From positions 64,001 to 128,000 of the forward strand of contig OZ241863.1 of assembly GCA_965203055.1 (NCBI GenBank): 64,000 nucleotides of DNA, written 5' to 3'. The position numbers and the translations under genes were made by a program. A model generated the notes under the pieces. It was not told where the DNA came from. It did not search any database and saw nothing but the letters and a program-made list of their open reading frames with translations. This DNA is from Spirochaetia bacterium (GTDB lineage: Bacteria; Spirochaetota; Spirochaetia; SZUA-6; Bin103). How positions within the stretch are numbered: position 1 is the first letter of the stretch; the number at the start of each line of letters is the position of its first letter. Below, piece after piece: positions 20,510-30,176 of the stretch.

Positions 20510-21646
20510 TTACCTCCGCGGTACGCCCAGGCGGGCGTAGCCCAACTGGTCCAGGATGCGGTACACGCTGGCGGCGATCAGATCCACCTGCAGGTCGCGG
20601 AGCTGATCGAGCAGCGGGCCGAAGAACACGTTGGCGTCGGCGCGCCCGGCGGCGTCGGGGTAGCGCGGCTCGCCGGCTTCGGTGAAGCCGATGGGGTAGC
20701 CGCGTTGCGGGTCGCGGGCGGCGTGCAGCGCCGCGGCTTCCTGCAGCAGCCGCCGGCCGATCTCCTGCGGGATGTAGCTGAAGGCGTTCATCGCCACCAC
20801 GCCCAGCTCGCCCAGGCGCCGCTGCTCGGCCGGCGCCAGCTTGCGCACCGAGCTGAAGCCGTGCACCACCAGGCGCTGCCCCACGCCGCGCGCGGCCAGC
20901 TCCTCCAGCACCGGCCACTGCACGCCCACCTGGCGGTTGGTGACCGACTCGGTGCCGATGTTGGGCACCACCAGCTCGAAGCCGGTGCGCGCCAGGTACT
21001 CCTCGATCTGGCCGGGATCGGAGCTGGAGCTGGCGCCGGCGGCCAGCCCCTGGCCGCCGGCGGCCACCTCCTCCAGACAGCCTTCCATCACCTTCTTGCG
21101 GCCCGAGGCTTCGACGAAGCGGCGATACTCGATGGAGTTGGCGACGTTGGCGGCGAACGGCGAGTGGGTATCGTCGAACATCACGCTGGAGAACAGGTCG
21201 AGGAACTCCGGGTCGCGCAGCAACTCGTTCTGCGAGCGCACCCCGCCGGGCAGCGTGTGATGGCCGTGATCGTAGTGGTGGATCACGTGGACGGCGCCGT
21301 AATCGGAGTCGCCGGCGCGGGTGAGGGTGGCCAGGAAGCCGGTTGCCAGCCGCGCGTTGCGGTGCAGACGGCGGCGGTAGGCCGCCGGGTCGCCGCCGGC
21401 CGCCGGCAGCGCGTGGCCGGCATGCAGGTAGCGCGGCAGCATCTGCAGGACGTAATGGCCGACGGTGCTGAAGATGCCCAGCGGCAGCTCGGCGACGGCA
21501 TGGTCGCGGGCGAAGCGCGCGGCCCCTTCCACGATGCCGAGCAGGTGGTGCTGGTCGCTGTAGCCGATCCGCGCCATGGTGAGCCGCGCCTCGCCGCAAC
21601 GCCGGTAGAGGGCGGCGGTCGGCTCATAGTCGAGGATCAGCGGCAT
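20510..21646 (-). CDS. Divergent class II aldolase-like TIM-barrel protein
   Basis: HYDHG, S-x-MFD, E-x-x-LE, PNIGT and LVVHG resemble class II FBP/TBP aldolase motifs. Confidence 0.5.
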   Translation of the reverse strand: MPLILDYEPTAALYRRCGEARLTMARIGYSDQHHLLGIVEGAARFARDHAVAELPLGIFSTVGHYVLQMLPRYLHAGHALPAAGGDPAAYRRRLHRNARLATGFLATLTRAGDSDYGAVHVIHHYDHGHHTLPGGVRSQNELLRDPEFLDLFSSVMFDDTHSPFAANVANSIEYRRFVEASGRKKVMEGCLEEVAAGGQGLAAGASSSSDPGQIEEYLARTGFELVVPNIGTESVTNRQVGVQWPVLEELAARGVGQRLVVHGFSSVRKLAPAEQRRLGELGVVAMNAFSYIPQEIGRRLLQEAAALHAARDPQRGYPIGFTEAGEPRYPDAAGRADANVFFGPLLDQLRDLQVDLIAASVYRILDQLGYARLGVPRR

Positions 21647-21652
21647 GGCGGG

Positions 21653-22189
21653 TCAGGCCGCCGCGGGCAGCAGCTTGCGCAGGTAGCCGGCCTGGCCGGC
21701 GTGCCACGCGACGTCGAGCAGGAAGTGGTCGAGAAACCACCACCCGGAACACTCCCGGTCGGACCAATTGAAATAGCGCTGCGCCGACCACTCGGCGTAG
21801 TGGTCGGTGAGGAACCGGCGCAGCGTCTGCCAGGCGCGGTCCAGGTAGGCGGCGTGGTCGGCGCCGGTCGGACCGGGCCCGGCCGCGTCACGGTCGAAGT
21901 CGAAGCTGAGCACGCCCCAGCGCGCGGGGCGGCCGGCGGCGGTGCGAAACCCCGCCGCCGGCACCGGGAACCCGGACTGGTTCAGGTTGGCCGGGACGCG
22001 CGCCCCGGAGAGCTGGCCGTAGCAGAACCAGAACTCATCGGCGCAGTGGCGCACCAGCCAGCCGATGCCGTTGCTGATGCCCGGAGGGGTCCACTGCAGT
22101 TGCGCGGCGTCCAGATCGGCCGCAAACCTGTTCAGCCGCTTCCGGTACGACTCCGCTTCCTGCAGGTACCGGGTGACACGCTCATCCAT
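21653..22189 (-). CDS. DinB/DUF664-like four-helix-bundle protein
   Basis: QLQW-x-P...N-x-IGWLVRH and H-x-x-x-D-x-x-x-HAGQ...LRK. Confidence 0.75.
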   Translation of the reverse strand: MDERVTRYLQEAESYRKRLNRFAADLDAAQLQWTPPGISNGIGWLVRHCADEFWFCYGQLSGARVPANLNQSGFPVPAAGFRTAAGRPARWGVLSFDFDRDAAGPGPTGADHAAYLDRAWQTLRRFLTDHYAEWSAQRYFNWSDRECSGWWFLDHFLLDVAWHAGQAGYLRKLLPAAA

Positions 22190-22350
22190 GGCGCCACAGT
22201 AGCGCGCCCCGGCGGCCGGCGTCACCCCGTAGCGCGGCGCCGTGCGCCGCCGGCCGCCCGCCTCCCGCCGCCGGCGGCATAACCTTGCTTTGTTGCGTCC
22301 GTGACCGCGGCGCCGGCCTGTGGCATGCTGGGCGGCGAAACAGGCAAACC

Positions 22351-23289
22351 ATGCAACGCTTTCTGATCACCGGCGCCGGCGGCAACCTGGCGCGCCACCT
22401 CGTGGCCGAGCTGCGCGCCCTGGGCAAGGAAACGCTCGGCATCGACCTGACGCCGCCGCCGCCGGCGCAGCGCGCGGGCGCGTGGCGGCAGGCCGACGTC
22501 ACCGACCGCTCCGGCATGGCGCGGCTGCTGGCGGAGTTTCGCCCGCAGTGCATCCTGCACATGGCATCGCTGCTGTCGATCTCCTCGGCGGCCGATCCGC
22601 GGCGCGCCTGGCAGGTCAACGCCGGTGCCGCCGTCGAACTGCTGGAGCTCGCCGCGGAGCACGGGGTGCAGCGCTTCTTCTTTCCCAGCACCTCGGCAAC
22701 CTACGGCGGGCGGCTGCCCGACCCGCTGCCGGAGGACCACCCCCAGTGGCCGGACAACATCTACGGCGCCACCAAGGTGGCGGTGGAGCGCGTCGGCGCC
22801 TGCTTCGCCCTGAGCCGCGGCCTGGACTTCCGCTCGGTGCGCCTGCCGATCGTGGTATCGCCGTACGCGCCGCCGGCCGCGGTGAGCGCCTACGCCTCCC
22901 ACCTCTTCACCGCCGCGGCGCGCGGCGAATCGTTCACCGTTCCGGTGGCGCCCGAGGTGGCGGTGGCGGCGATCTACGTCCGCGACGTGACCCGCGGCAT
23001 TCTGCGCCTTGTGGCCGCGGCCGAGGAACGGCTGACGCGGCGCGTCTACAACCTGCACGGGTTTGCCGCCAGCGCCGGGGCCTTGGCGCAGGCCGCGGCG
23101 CGCCGGGCGCCGGGGTTCGCGTATCGCTTCGCGCCGGAGGAACTGGCCACCCGCATCCTCGGCGGGCAGCCATCCGTCTACGTTGACGCCAGCGCCCGCC
23201 GCGACTGGGGCTGGGAACCGCAGTTCGACCTCGCCGCCACCGCCGACGACATGCTCGCCTCCCTCAGCGCCGGCGGCAACGAACTCTGA
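22351..23289 (+). CDS. NAD-dependent epimerase/dehydratase (SDR, threonine 3-dehydrogenase-like)
   Basis: ITGAGGNLA, HMASLLS, FFPST, YGATK and ARRDWGW. Confidence 0.85.
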   Translation: MQRFLITGAGGNLARHLVAELRALGKETLGIDLTPPPPAQRAGAWRQADVTDRSGMARLLAEFRPQCILHMASLLSISSAADPRRAWQVNAGAAVELLELAAEHGVQRFFFPSTSATYGGRLPDPLPEDHPQWPDNIYGATKVAVERVGACFALSRGLDFRSVRLPIVVSPYAPPAAVSAYASHLFTAAARGESFTVPVAPEVAVAAIYVRDVTRGILRLVAAAEERLTRRVYNLHGFAASAGALAQAAARRAPGFAYRFAPEELATRILGGQPSVYVDASARRDWGWEPQFDLAATADDMLASLSAGGNEL

Positions 23290-23295
23290 CCTTCT

Positions 23296-24294
23296 TCAAC
23301 TTGACTCGCTGCCCGGCGCTGCCGGCGCTTCGCGCAGCCCCGGCACGCCTGCCGCGGTCGCGGCGCGCCGCACCGCGTTCCGTATCGCGCCGCCGACGCA
23401 CTCCACCGCCAGCCCCGCCACCAGCTCGAACGGCGCCGCGCGGACCCCGGCCGCCAGCGCGTAGGCGGTGTCTCCGTCGTGCGTGGTGTGCGCCGGCAGC
23501 ACCGCGCGGGCAATGCCGTCATGGGCGCGCTGCGCCAGGCGCCCCGCCTCGGGCTTGCTCATGACGGCGTCGGTGAGCACCGCTGCCAGCGTAGTGTTGG
23601 TGCCGGAGCCGGCGAACTGCGCCGCGCCCGGCAGCCAGCGCTCCGGGACGCGGCGCGCCAGCCAGCCGCCGGCCGCAGCGCGCGCGCCGGCCAGCACCTC
23701 GCCGTGCTCATCCAGCACGTCGCCGACCGCGTTCACCACCGCCAGCGCCGCCACCACGGTGCCGCCGGCGCAGCGCTCGGCGTAGCCGACGCCGCCCTTC
23801 ATCTTCGCCTCAGGCCCGCCCCACTTGCCGACGCTGGCGCCCGCGCCCGCTCCGGCGTTGCCCTGAGCGGCCGCGGGGAGCGGCAGCGGCCGCGCCGCCA
23901 GGCAGGCGGCGTAGCCCAGCTCCGCGTCCGGGTACGCGCGGCCCGCGCTCAGCGACAGATCGTAGATCACGCTGGCGGCTACCAATGGAATCGGCTTGAC
24001 CGGCGTGGGATAACCGGCCCCGCGCTCCGCCAGGTAGCGCATCACGCCATCGGCGGCGGCCAGTCCGAAGGCGCTGCCGCCGGTAAGCAGCAGGGCGTCC
24101 AGCCGCGCGATCGGCTTGTCCGCGGCGAGCAGCGCGGTTTCGCGCGAGCCGGGCGCCGGACCGCGCGCGTCCACCCCGGCAACGGTCCCTTCGGGACAGA
24201 GGATCACGGTGCAGCCGGTAAGGTGCCGGGAATGTACGGCGTGGCCGACCCGGAAGCCGGCGCGCGCCCTCTCCGTTGACCTTGAGTCTGTCAC
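23296..24294 (-). CDS. P1 (DmpA/S58) family peptidase
   Basis: VGH, TGCTVI, PGSRET, LTGGSAFGL, GNAGAGAG, NTTL and HT-x-x-DGD. Confidence 0.9.
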   Translation of the reverse strand: MTDSRSTERARAGFRVGHAVHSRHLTGCTVILCPEGTVAGVDARGPAPGSRETALLAADKPIARLDALLLTGGSAFGLAAADGVMRYLAERGAGYPTPVKPIPLVAASVIYDLSLSAGRAYPDAELGYAACLAARPLPLPAAAQGNAGAGAGASVGKWGGPEAKMKGGVGYAERCAGGTVVAALAVVNAVGDVLDEHGEVLAGARAAAGGWLARRVPERWLPGAAQFAGSGTNTTLAAVLTDAVMSKPEAGRLAQRAHDGIARAVLPAHTTHDGDTAYALAAGVRAAPFELVAGLAVECVGGAIRNAVRRAATAAGVPGLREAPAAPGSESS

Positions 24295-24312
24295 GCCGTC
24301 AACCGCCGCGGA

Positions 24313-26061
24313 CTACTCCACGGCGTCGCAGAACACCAGTTCCCAGCCGTGGAACACCAAGGTCAGGCCGGTGAAGCGCACGCCGGGATACTGCCGCGCC
24401 AGCCGCTGGTCCGCCAGATAGCGCCGGAGCTGCGCCGCTGCCTCCGCGGCCGCCGCCGCCACGCCGGCCGCGGCCGCCGACTCGCCGCGCTTGAGGTACT
24501 TGAGCTCGATCAGGTAGCCGTAGCGGAGGTGCGGAAAGGCGGCTACCAGCGGCTCCAGCGCGATGTCCGCGTGCCCCTTGCCCAGCTCCGCCTCCGAGCG
24601 GAACTCGTAGAAGTCGGTCACGCTCAGGTAGGCTGCCAGAAATCCCTGGATCACCTTCTCCCCGGCGATGTAGTCCCGAATCCCCGTCTGCCGCGCAATC
24701 GCCTCGCTCAGAAACTCGAACACCGGCCGCCACTCTCCCTCGTTCGCCATCCGCATCAACAACTGCTCGAAGCGAAACAGGTTCACTGAAAAGACCTTCA
24801 CGTCGCGGTAGCCGTCGCGCAGGAAGCCGTACATCAGCCGCTTTACGGTCTGGTTGGGGATCGCCAGCCGAGGCAGGCCGCCAGGCGCACCGCGGATGCT
24901 CAACAAGCCGAAGAAGTGCAGCAGCGAGAGGAAGTTTTCCGGTTCGGCAAGCCGTTCCAGCGGGAAGCCGGGCTGGATGCGGGCGGCTGCCTGCTCCTCG
25001 CCAATGACGTCCCGCAGCAGATCGAAGTTGCCGTTCAACTGCCGGCCGACCACCAGCAGGTGGCGCAGCTTGCCGTAGTCGATGCGCACGTTGGTGTCGA
25101 TCAGGTACTTGGGTACCCGGCGGTTGGGGATGGAGTACTTGAGATAATAGAGCACCATGTCGGAGTTGTAGAGGTCGGTCGATGCCTCTTCGGAGAAGCG
25201 GTAGCCATTGTACCACTCGCCCATGATGCCCAGCGCGGTGTCGGCGTCCTGGTTGAAGACGCCCAGGTCGCGGTACGTCTCGACCAGGCGCCGCACCTCC
25301 GCCGCGGTGAAGCCGACCATCTCGTTGAAGTCCGGTTCCAGGCTGATGTTGGCGCCGATGTTGAAGCCGCTGGTGACGTCGTCCATGGTGACCGGCGACA
25401 CGCCGGTGATGAACAGGCGCTCCAGGCCTCCCCCGATGCGGTCGGCGCCGCCCTTGAGGGCGGCGAAGAAGTTGCGGTAGAAGCCGCCGCCGTGGGTGAA
25501 GGAATGGTACGCCTCGGCGCCGTGCCAGGCCAGCACGGTGTTGGCGAAGTTGTCGTACTCGTCGATCAGCACGTACAGCGGGATGTCGTGGTCGCCCGCG
25601 TACCGGAACAGCGCGGAAAGCCTGGTGGCGATGGACGGCCGGGCGAGGATGTCGCGTACCGCCTCTGCGGGAAACAGGTCAGGGTGCCTCCGCAGCGTCC
25701 CCTGGAGTTCGACGTCGCAGTAACTTTCGAACTCCCGCTCCAAGGTTTCGAGCTTGTCGTTGACCATAGAGAAGTTGAAGCGCAGGGTGACGTAGCGGCT
25801 GCGTTCCTCGGTCGGGCTGCGCCCGATGTCGGTGCCGGCGTACGTGGCGTCGAAGCGGTCGGCCCAGAAGCGGTCGTAGTAGCTCTCCAGCAGCGCCACC
25901 CACAGTGACTTGCCGAAGCGCCGCGGGCGAATCAGGAAGGCGTAGCGCTCCTGTTCCAGGCGGCGCAGGAAGCGGGTCTTGTCGACGTACAGCCACCGGT
26001 TCAGGCGGATGCGGCTGAATGACGCCTCACCGTAGGGAATGCGCGGATAAGCAGGTACCAT
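24313..26061 (-). CDS. AAA-ATPase-like domain plus C-terminal PD-(D/E)XK nuclease
   Basis: IPYG, YVDKT, RPRRFGKS, LIDEYD, ITGVSP...TSGFN, WYNGY and IPN. C-terminal SE...G-x-AD...IELK. Confidence 0.9.
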   Translation of the reverse strand: MVPAYPRIPYGEASFSRIRLNRWLYVDKTRFLRRLEQERYAFLIRPRRFGKSLWVALLESYYDRFWADRFDATYAGTDIGRSPTEERSRYVTLRFNFSMVNDKLETLEREFESYCDVELQGTLRRHPDLFPAEAVRDILARPSIATRLSALFRYAGDHDIPLYVLIDEYDNFANTVLAWHGAEAYHSFTHGGGFYRNFFAALKGGADRIGGGLERLFITGVSPVTMDDVTSGFNIGANISLEPDFNEMVGFTAAEVRRLVETYRDLGVFNQDADTALGIMGEWYNGYRFSEEASTDLYNSDMVLYYLKYSIPNRRVPKYLIDTNVRIDYGKLRHLLVVGRQLNGNFDLLRDVIGEEQAAARIQPGFPLERLAEPENFLSLLHFFGLLSIRGAPGGLPRLAIPNQTVKRLMYGFLRDGYRDVKVFSVNLFRFEQLLMRMANEGEWRPVFEFLSEAIARQTGIRDYIAGEKVIQGFLAAYLSVTDFYEFRSEAELGKGHADIALEPLVAAFPHLRYGYLIELKYLKRGESAAAAGVAAAAAEAAAQLRRYLADQRLARQYPGVRFTGLTLVFHGWELVFCDAVE

Positions 26062-26069
26062 GACTGCGG

Positions 26070-27689
26070 TCAGACCGACGGGGCGACGATCCGGGCGATG
26101 GCGGCGCGCATCCAGCCGGTAGCGGCCAGATCGGCCGGCCGCAGATCGAAGCCGGTCAAGTAGCTGGGCCGATGGGACTTCATGCTCAGAAACTGGTAGA
26201 ACCGCTCGAAGTCATCGGCAGCGGTCGCCACCGTAATCTCCTCGATAGCCCGCGCCTTTAGCTCTTTGGAGAACGTCTTGATGATCTCGTAGCTGTTGCG
26301 ATTCTTCTCCAGGCTGACCAGCAGGCGGTCCCGCACCGTGCGCATGGTCATGGCGATCGCGCTCAGATAGCGCGACCGGTCGAAACCGGCCGGAGCGAGC
26401 TCCGCTACGTTGTCAGGATGATAGAGATAGTTCTCGATACAATAGTGGCGCAGCACCAGCAAACGCGGACGGTTGCGGCGTATCTCGTCGAGCTCCTCGG
26501 TGCCCAGAAAGTCACGGTCGATCAGGCCGTGAAACCCGTCCGTTCCTGCCGTCTGGATAGAGATCGAATTCTTGTCCTGTGCGGAAATGAACAATGTGTC
26601 CTGCAGGCCGATCGCATTGTAGAGCAAGGCGTCCTTATTCTCGCACAGGATCAGACGCTTGTTTGGAAACACCTTGAGCGCCGAGCTGCGCGGTACGGCG
26701 ATATCGAATACGCGCTCGGTCTTCGGGGCAGGCCGCAGCACCTGCGGCCGATCGAAGTCCAAATCGTCGAAGTCGACGATCGCGGTGTCGCTGCTGGAGC
26801 TTCCGTAGTCGATGAACCCGAGCGAGTGGCTGGCCGTCCACAGTTGCGAGTGTTCGGGAATCCAGCGCTCCACGATCTCCTGCAGCAGAGCGTACTGCAG
26901 CCGGGTATGCAGGTGCACGTCCAGCTCGTCGATGAAGTAGATGGCATTGGCGAAGTGCTCGCGTCGCACGAACAGGTTGAGCAGGATATTGAAGACCTCC
27001 TTCTCGCCGCTGCTGAGCAGGTCGTAGTGGACCTCGGAATGCCCTTTGCTGAATCGAATGTCCGGCGGCTTTCGATCCAGCGCCGGAATCATACCGGTCA
27101 GGCGCAGAGTGGTGGCGTCACCATTGCCGAATACCCTGGCCATCGCGTCGTTGATCGGCTCGAGGAAGCGCGCCTTCATCTGCTCGGAGTCGAATCGCTC
27201 TCCCCACACCTCGCGCAGGATGCGCGCGGTGACGTGCGAGATGTCGGCCTCGAAGCGAGTGTCCCACTCTATCGACCGCTGCGGGCGGTCGTCGTCCGCC
27301 GGCAGGTCGACGGTGCGGCCATTTCGGTGCCGGAGCTCCGGGACCGTTCGGAGCGAACTTCTGCCGTAGAACGCGTCCTTGAGATTCAGGTTGGGAGGTG
27401 TAGGGGCGACCGATCCGTTCGTCCTGCGGAGGGATGCTCCACCACCGAACGAGCAGGAGACCGCTACCTCCTCGTCCCAGTCCTTCTTGAAGTAGCTCAA
27501 GTAATCGTTACGACCGACTCCCTTGGAGGGACCGGAAAGAAACTCGAACGCATCGAATACGGATGACTTTCCGCTCCCGTTCGCGCCGATCAGCAGCACC
27601 AGCTTTGGCGCCGAGGCGCACGCTGACAGATCAATCTCAAGATCGGTAAACCGCTTGAAGTTCGTGAGATGGAGGTTGCTGATGTTCAT
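26070..27689 (-). CDS. ABC/SMC-type ATPase fused to a TOPRIM-like (OLD/DUF4435-like) domain
   Basis: NFKRF, GANGSGKSS, LSSGEKE, IDELDVHLH and ASHS. C-terminal LCE-x-x-D, IDRD and CIENY motifs. Confidence 0.75.
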   Translation of the reverse strand: MNISNLHLTNFKRFTDLEIDLSACASAPKLVLLIGANGSGKSSVFDAFEFLSGPSKGVGRNDYLSYFKKDWDEEVAVSCSFGGGASLRRTNGSVAPTPPNLNLKDAFYGRSSLRTVPELRHRNGRTVDLPADDDRPQRSIEWDTRFEADISHVTARILREVWGERFDSEQMKARFLEPINDAMARVFGNGDATTLRLTGMIPALDRKPPDIRFSKGHSEVHYDLLSSGEKEVFNILLNLFVRREHFANAIYFIDELDVHLHTRLQYALLQEIVERWIPEHSQLWTASHSLGFIDYGSSSSDTAIVDFDDLDFDRPQVLRPAPKTERVFDIAVPRSSALKVFPNKRLILCENKDALLYNAIGLQDTLFISAQDKNSISIQTAGTDGFHGLIDRDFLGTEELDEIRRNRPRLLVLRHYCIENYLYHPDNVAELAPAGFDRSRYLSAIAMTMRTVRDRLLVSLEKNRNSYEIIKTFSKELKARAIEEITVATAADDFERFYQFLSMKSHRPSYLTGFDLRPADLAATGWMRAAIARIVAPSV

Positions 27690-27869
27690 CTTTTACGCCG
27701 CGCATCATACGCGAACGATCGTGATTCGGCAAACAGGCGCAGGATCGGCACGGATCGGCACTGTGGGAAGCAACTGCCGGGGCCGACGGCGACTCCGCCT
27801 TGCGCCGGTGTGGCGCAAGCGGCGGGTGACGACCGAACGCCTCGACCGGGCACGTGATACGATGTCGGG

Positions 27870-28601
27870 GTGATGATCGATGCCATCTTCTTCGATTGGG
27901 ACGGTACGCTGATGGACGACGACGCGAGTTGGCGTCGATGCGTGTCGGCCGCGGCCGGCGCGGTCGCGCACCGCTGCCACGTCGATCCCGGCGAGCTGAC
28001 CGCCGCGTACCATGCGGCCGCGCAGCGCCTCTGGGAGGAAGTCAAGAACGTCAGCGGGCCGCCGTGGGGGAACACGGACGACCGCTGCCTCGTACGGCGG
28101 ACGTGGAACGCGGCCCTGCGCCGGCCGCACGCCTCCGGCGAGGCCGAGGCCGCGGCTGCGCAGGCGGTCGAAATCTACCTCCGGCTCAGATCGAAGGAGA
28201 CGCCGATCTACGATGACGTCGTCGATTGCCTGAGCGCCCTGCGCGGCCGCTATCGGCTTGGCGTGATTACCAACGGCTCGAACGCGACCCATCTTCCGAA
28301 GGTCGAAGCCTCCGGCCTGGGCCGCTACTTCGGTTCCGTGACCACCACCGACGTCGGTTCCGGCAAGCCGTTCCGGCCGATCTTCGCTCATGCGCTGGCC
28401 TCCCTGGATGCCGTACCGGCGCGCGCGCTCTACGTCGGCGACTGGCCGTTCGCGGACGTCGGCGGCGCCAATGGCGCCGGGATGTTTTCCGTGTGGATCA
28501 ACCGGACCGGCGCCGCGCTCCGTCCCGACGACCCGGTCCCGGACGCGCAGATCACCTCCCTGCGCGACCTGCCGCGCGTACTCGCCCGCCTGCAGGCATA
28601 G
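27870..28601 (+). CDS. HAD superfamily hydrolase
   Basis: FDWDGTL, ITNG, GKP and VGD-x-x-x-x-DV-x-GA. Confidence 0.92.
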   Translation: MMIDAIFFDWDGTLMDDDASWRRCVSAAAGAVAHRCHVDPGELTAAYHAAAQRLWEEVKNVSGPPWGNTDDRCLVRRTWNAALRRPHASGEAEAAAAQAVEIYLRLRSKETPIYDDVVDCLSALRGRYRLGVITNGSNATHLPKVEASGLGRYFGSVTTTDVGSGKPFRPIFAHALASLDAVPARALYVGDWPFADVGGANGAGMFSVWINRTGAALRPDDPVPDAQITSLRDLPRVLARLQA

Positions 28602-28623
28602 CCGCCGCGGCGGCATTCTTCGG

Positions 28624-29985
28624 TCAGTCCACCGCCGGCAGCTCCGCCAACGCCTCGGCGATGCGCTCCTGCGGATACTCGTAGTTGACGAGCTGGCCGT
28701 CGAGGAACGAGCGGTACGCCTGCATGTCGAAGTGCCCGTGGCCGCACAGGTTGAAGGCGATCACCCGCGACTCGCCGGCCTCCTTGCAGCGCAGCGCTTC
28801 CTCGATGGCGACGTGAACGGCGTGCGCGGGCTCCGGCGCGGGCACGATCCCCTCGGTGCGCGCGAACAGCCGGGCCGCCTCGAACACCGGCACCTGCGGC
28901 ACGGCGCGCGCTTCGATCACGCCCAGGTCGTGCAGATGGCAGACCAGCGGCGCCATCCCGTGGTAGCGCAGGCCGCCGGCGTGAATCGGGGCCGGCACGA
29001 AGGAATGGCCCAGCGTGTACATCTTGAGCAGCGGCGTGGTGGCCGCCGCGTCGCCGAAGTCGTAGCGGTACTGTCCGCCGGTCAGGCTGGGCGCCGCCTG
29101 CGGCTCGACCGCCACGAAGCGCGTGGCGCGCGCGCCGCTCAGATTGGCGGGCACGAACGGGAAGATGAACCCGCCGAACGAGGAGCCGCCGCCGGTGCAG
29201 CCGACCATGACGTCGGGGTAGACGCCGGCGCGCTCGAACTGCGCCTGCGCCTCCAGGCCGATCACGGTCTGATGCAACAGCACGTGATTGAGCACCGATC
29301 CCAGGCAGTACTTCTTGCTGCCGCCGCTGGCGGCCGCCGCTTCCACCGCCTCCGAGATGGCGATGCCGAGCGATCCCGGCGAATCGGGCTGCCGCTCCAG
29401 CACCTGCCGGCCGGCGTTGGTGGCGGGCGACGGACTGGCGGTGACGCCGGCGCCGTAGGCCTCCATCATCGAACGGCGGTACGGCTTGCCGTCGTAGGAG
29501 ACGCGCACCATGTACACCTCGCAGTCGACGCCCAGGAACGCGCCGGCCATCGCCAGCGCGCTGCCCCACTGTCCGGCGCCGGTCTCGGTGGTGAGCTGCG
29601 TCACCCCTTCCTCGCGGTTGTAGAACGCCTGCGCCACCGCCGTGTTGGGCTTGTGCGAGCCGACCGGCGAGACGCCCTCGTACTTGTAGTAGAGGCGCGC
29701 GGGGGTATCGAGCTCCCGTTCCAGGCGCCGCGCCCGGAACAGCGGCGTCGGGCGCCACAGCCGGTAGATCTCGCGGATCGGCTCCGGAATCGGTATCTCC
29801 CGCTCCCGGCTGACCTCCTGCTCGATCAGCGCCAGTGCGAACAGCGGCGCCAGGTCATCGGGACCGATCGGGTCCATCCGGCCCGGATGGATCACCGGCG
29901 GCAACGGTTCCGGCAGGTCGGCCTGGATGTTGTACCAGGAGGCGGGAATCTCGGACTGCGGCAGATCGAAGCGAATCGTCTCCAT
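28624..29985 (-). CDS. trpB2: TrpB2 (tryptophan synthase beta-like PLP enzyme)
   Basis: [43 protein letters not shown] and GHGHFD. AGGAG RBS present. Confidence 0.93.
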   Translation of the reverse strand: METIRFDLPQSEIPASWYNIQADLPEPLPPVIHPGRMDPIGPDDLAPLFALALIEQEVSREREIPIPEPIREIYRLWRPTPLFRARRLERELDTPARLYYKYEGVSPVGSHKPNTAVAQAFYNREEGVTQLTTETGAGQWGSALAMAGAFLGVDCEVYMVRVSYDGKPYRRSMMEAYGAGVTASPSPATNAGRQVLERQPDSPGSLGIAISEAVEAAAASGGSKKYCLGSVLNHVLLHQTVIGLEAQAQFERAGVYPDVMVGCTGGGSSFGGFIFPFVPANLSGARATRFVAVEPQAAPSLTGGQYRYDFGDAAATTPLLKMYTLGHSFVPAPIHAGGLRYHGMAPLVCHLHDLGVIEARAVPQVPVFEAARLFARTEGIVPAPEPAHAVHVAIEEALRCKEAGESRVIAFNLCGHGHFDMQAYRSFLDGQLVNYEYPQERIAEALAELPAVD

Positions 29986-30065
29986 CGTTTCTCCTCATCG
30001 TATTATCATAGCGCTGCTGCGGGCCATGATACCGCAAGCGACCGGAAAGGGAGCGACAGGCACAC

Positions 30066-30176
30066 GTGACGCGCAAGAAGCCGGCCAAGCGCCCGGACAA
30101 CTACCGGCACCCGGAAGCCGGGGCGCTGCTGCGCCCGGACATCGGCACCCAGCCGCGCGCGGTATCTGACCCGTGA
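30066..30176 (+). pseudogene. 36-codon remnant resembling the N-terminus of a site-specific DNA methyltransferase (type III Mod-like)
   Basis: GTG...TRKKPAKRPDNYRHPEAGALLRPDIGTQ, with the stop overlapping the next start (GTGA). The family resemblance is from recall and needs a search. Confidence 0.45.

Noticed and set aside
26070..27689. Calling this gene Gabija or a retron system
   Set aside because: No adjacent UvrD-like helicase, reverse transcriptase or msr-msd-like region.
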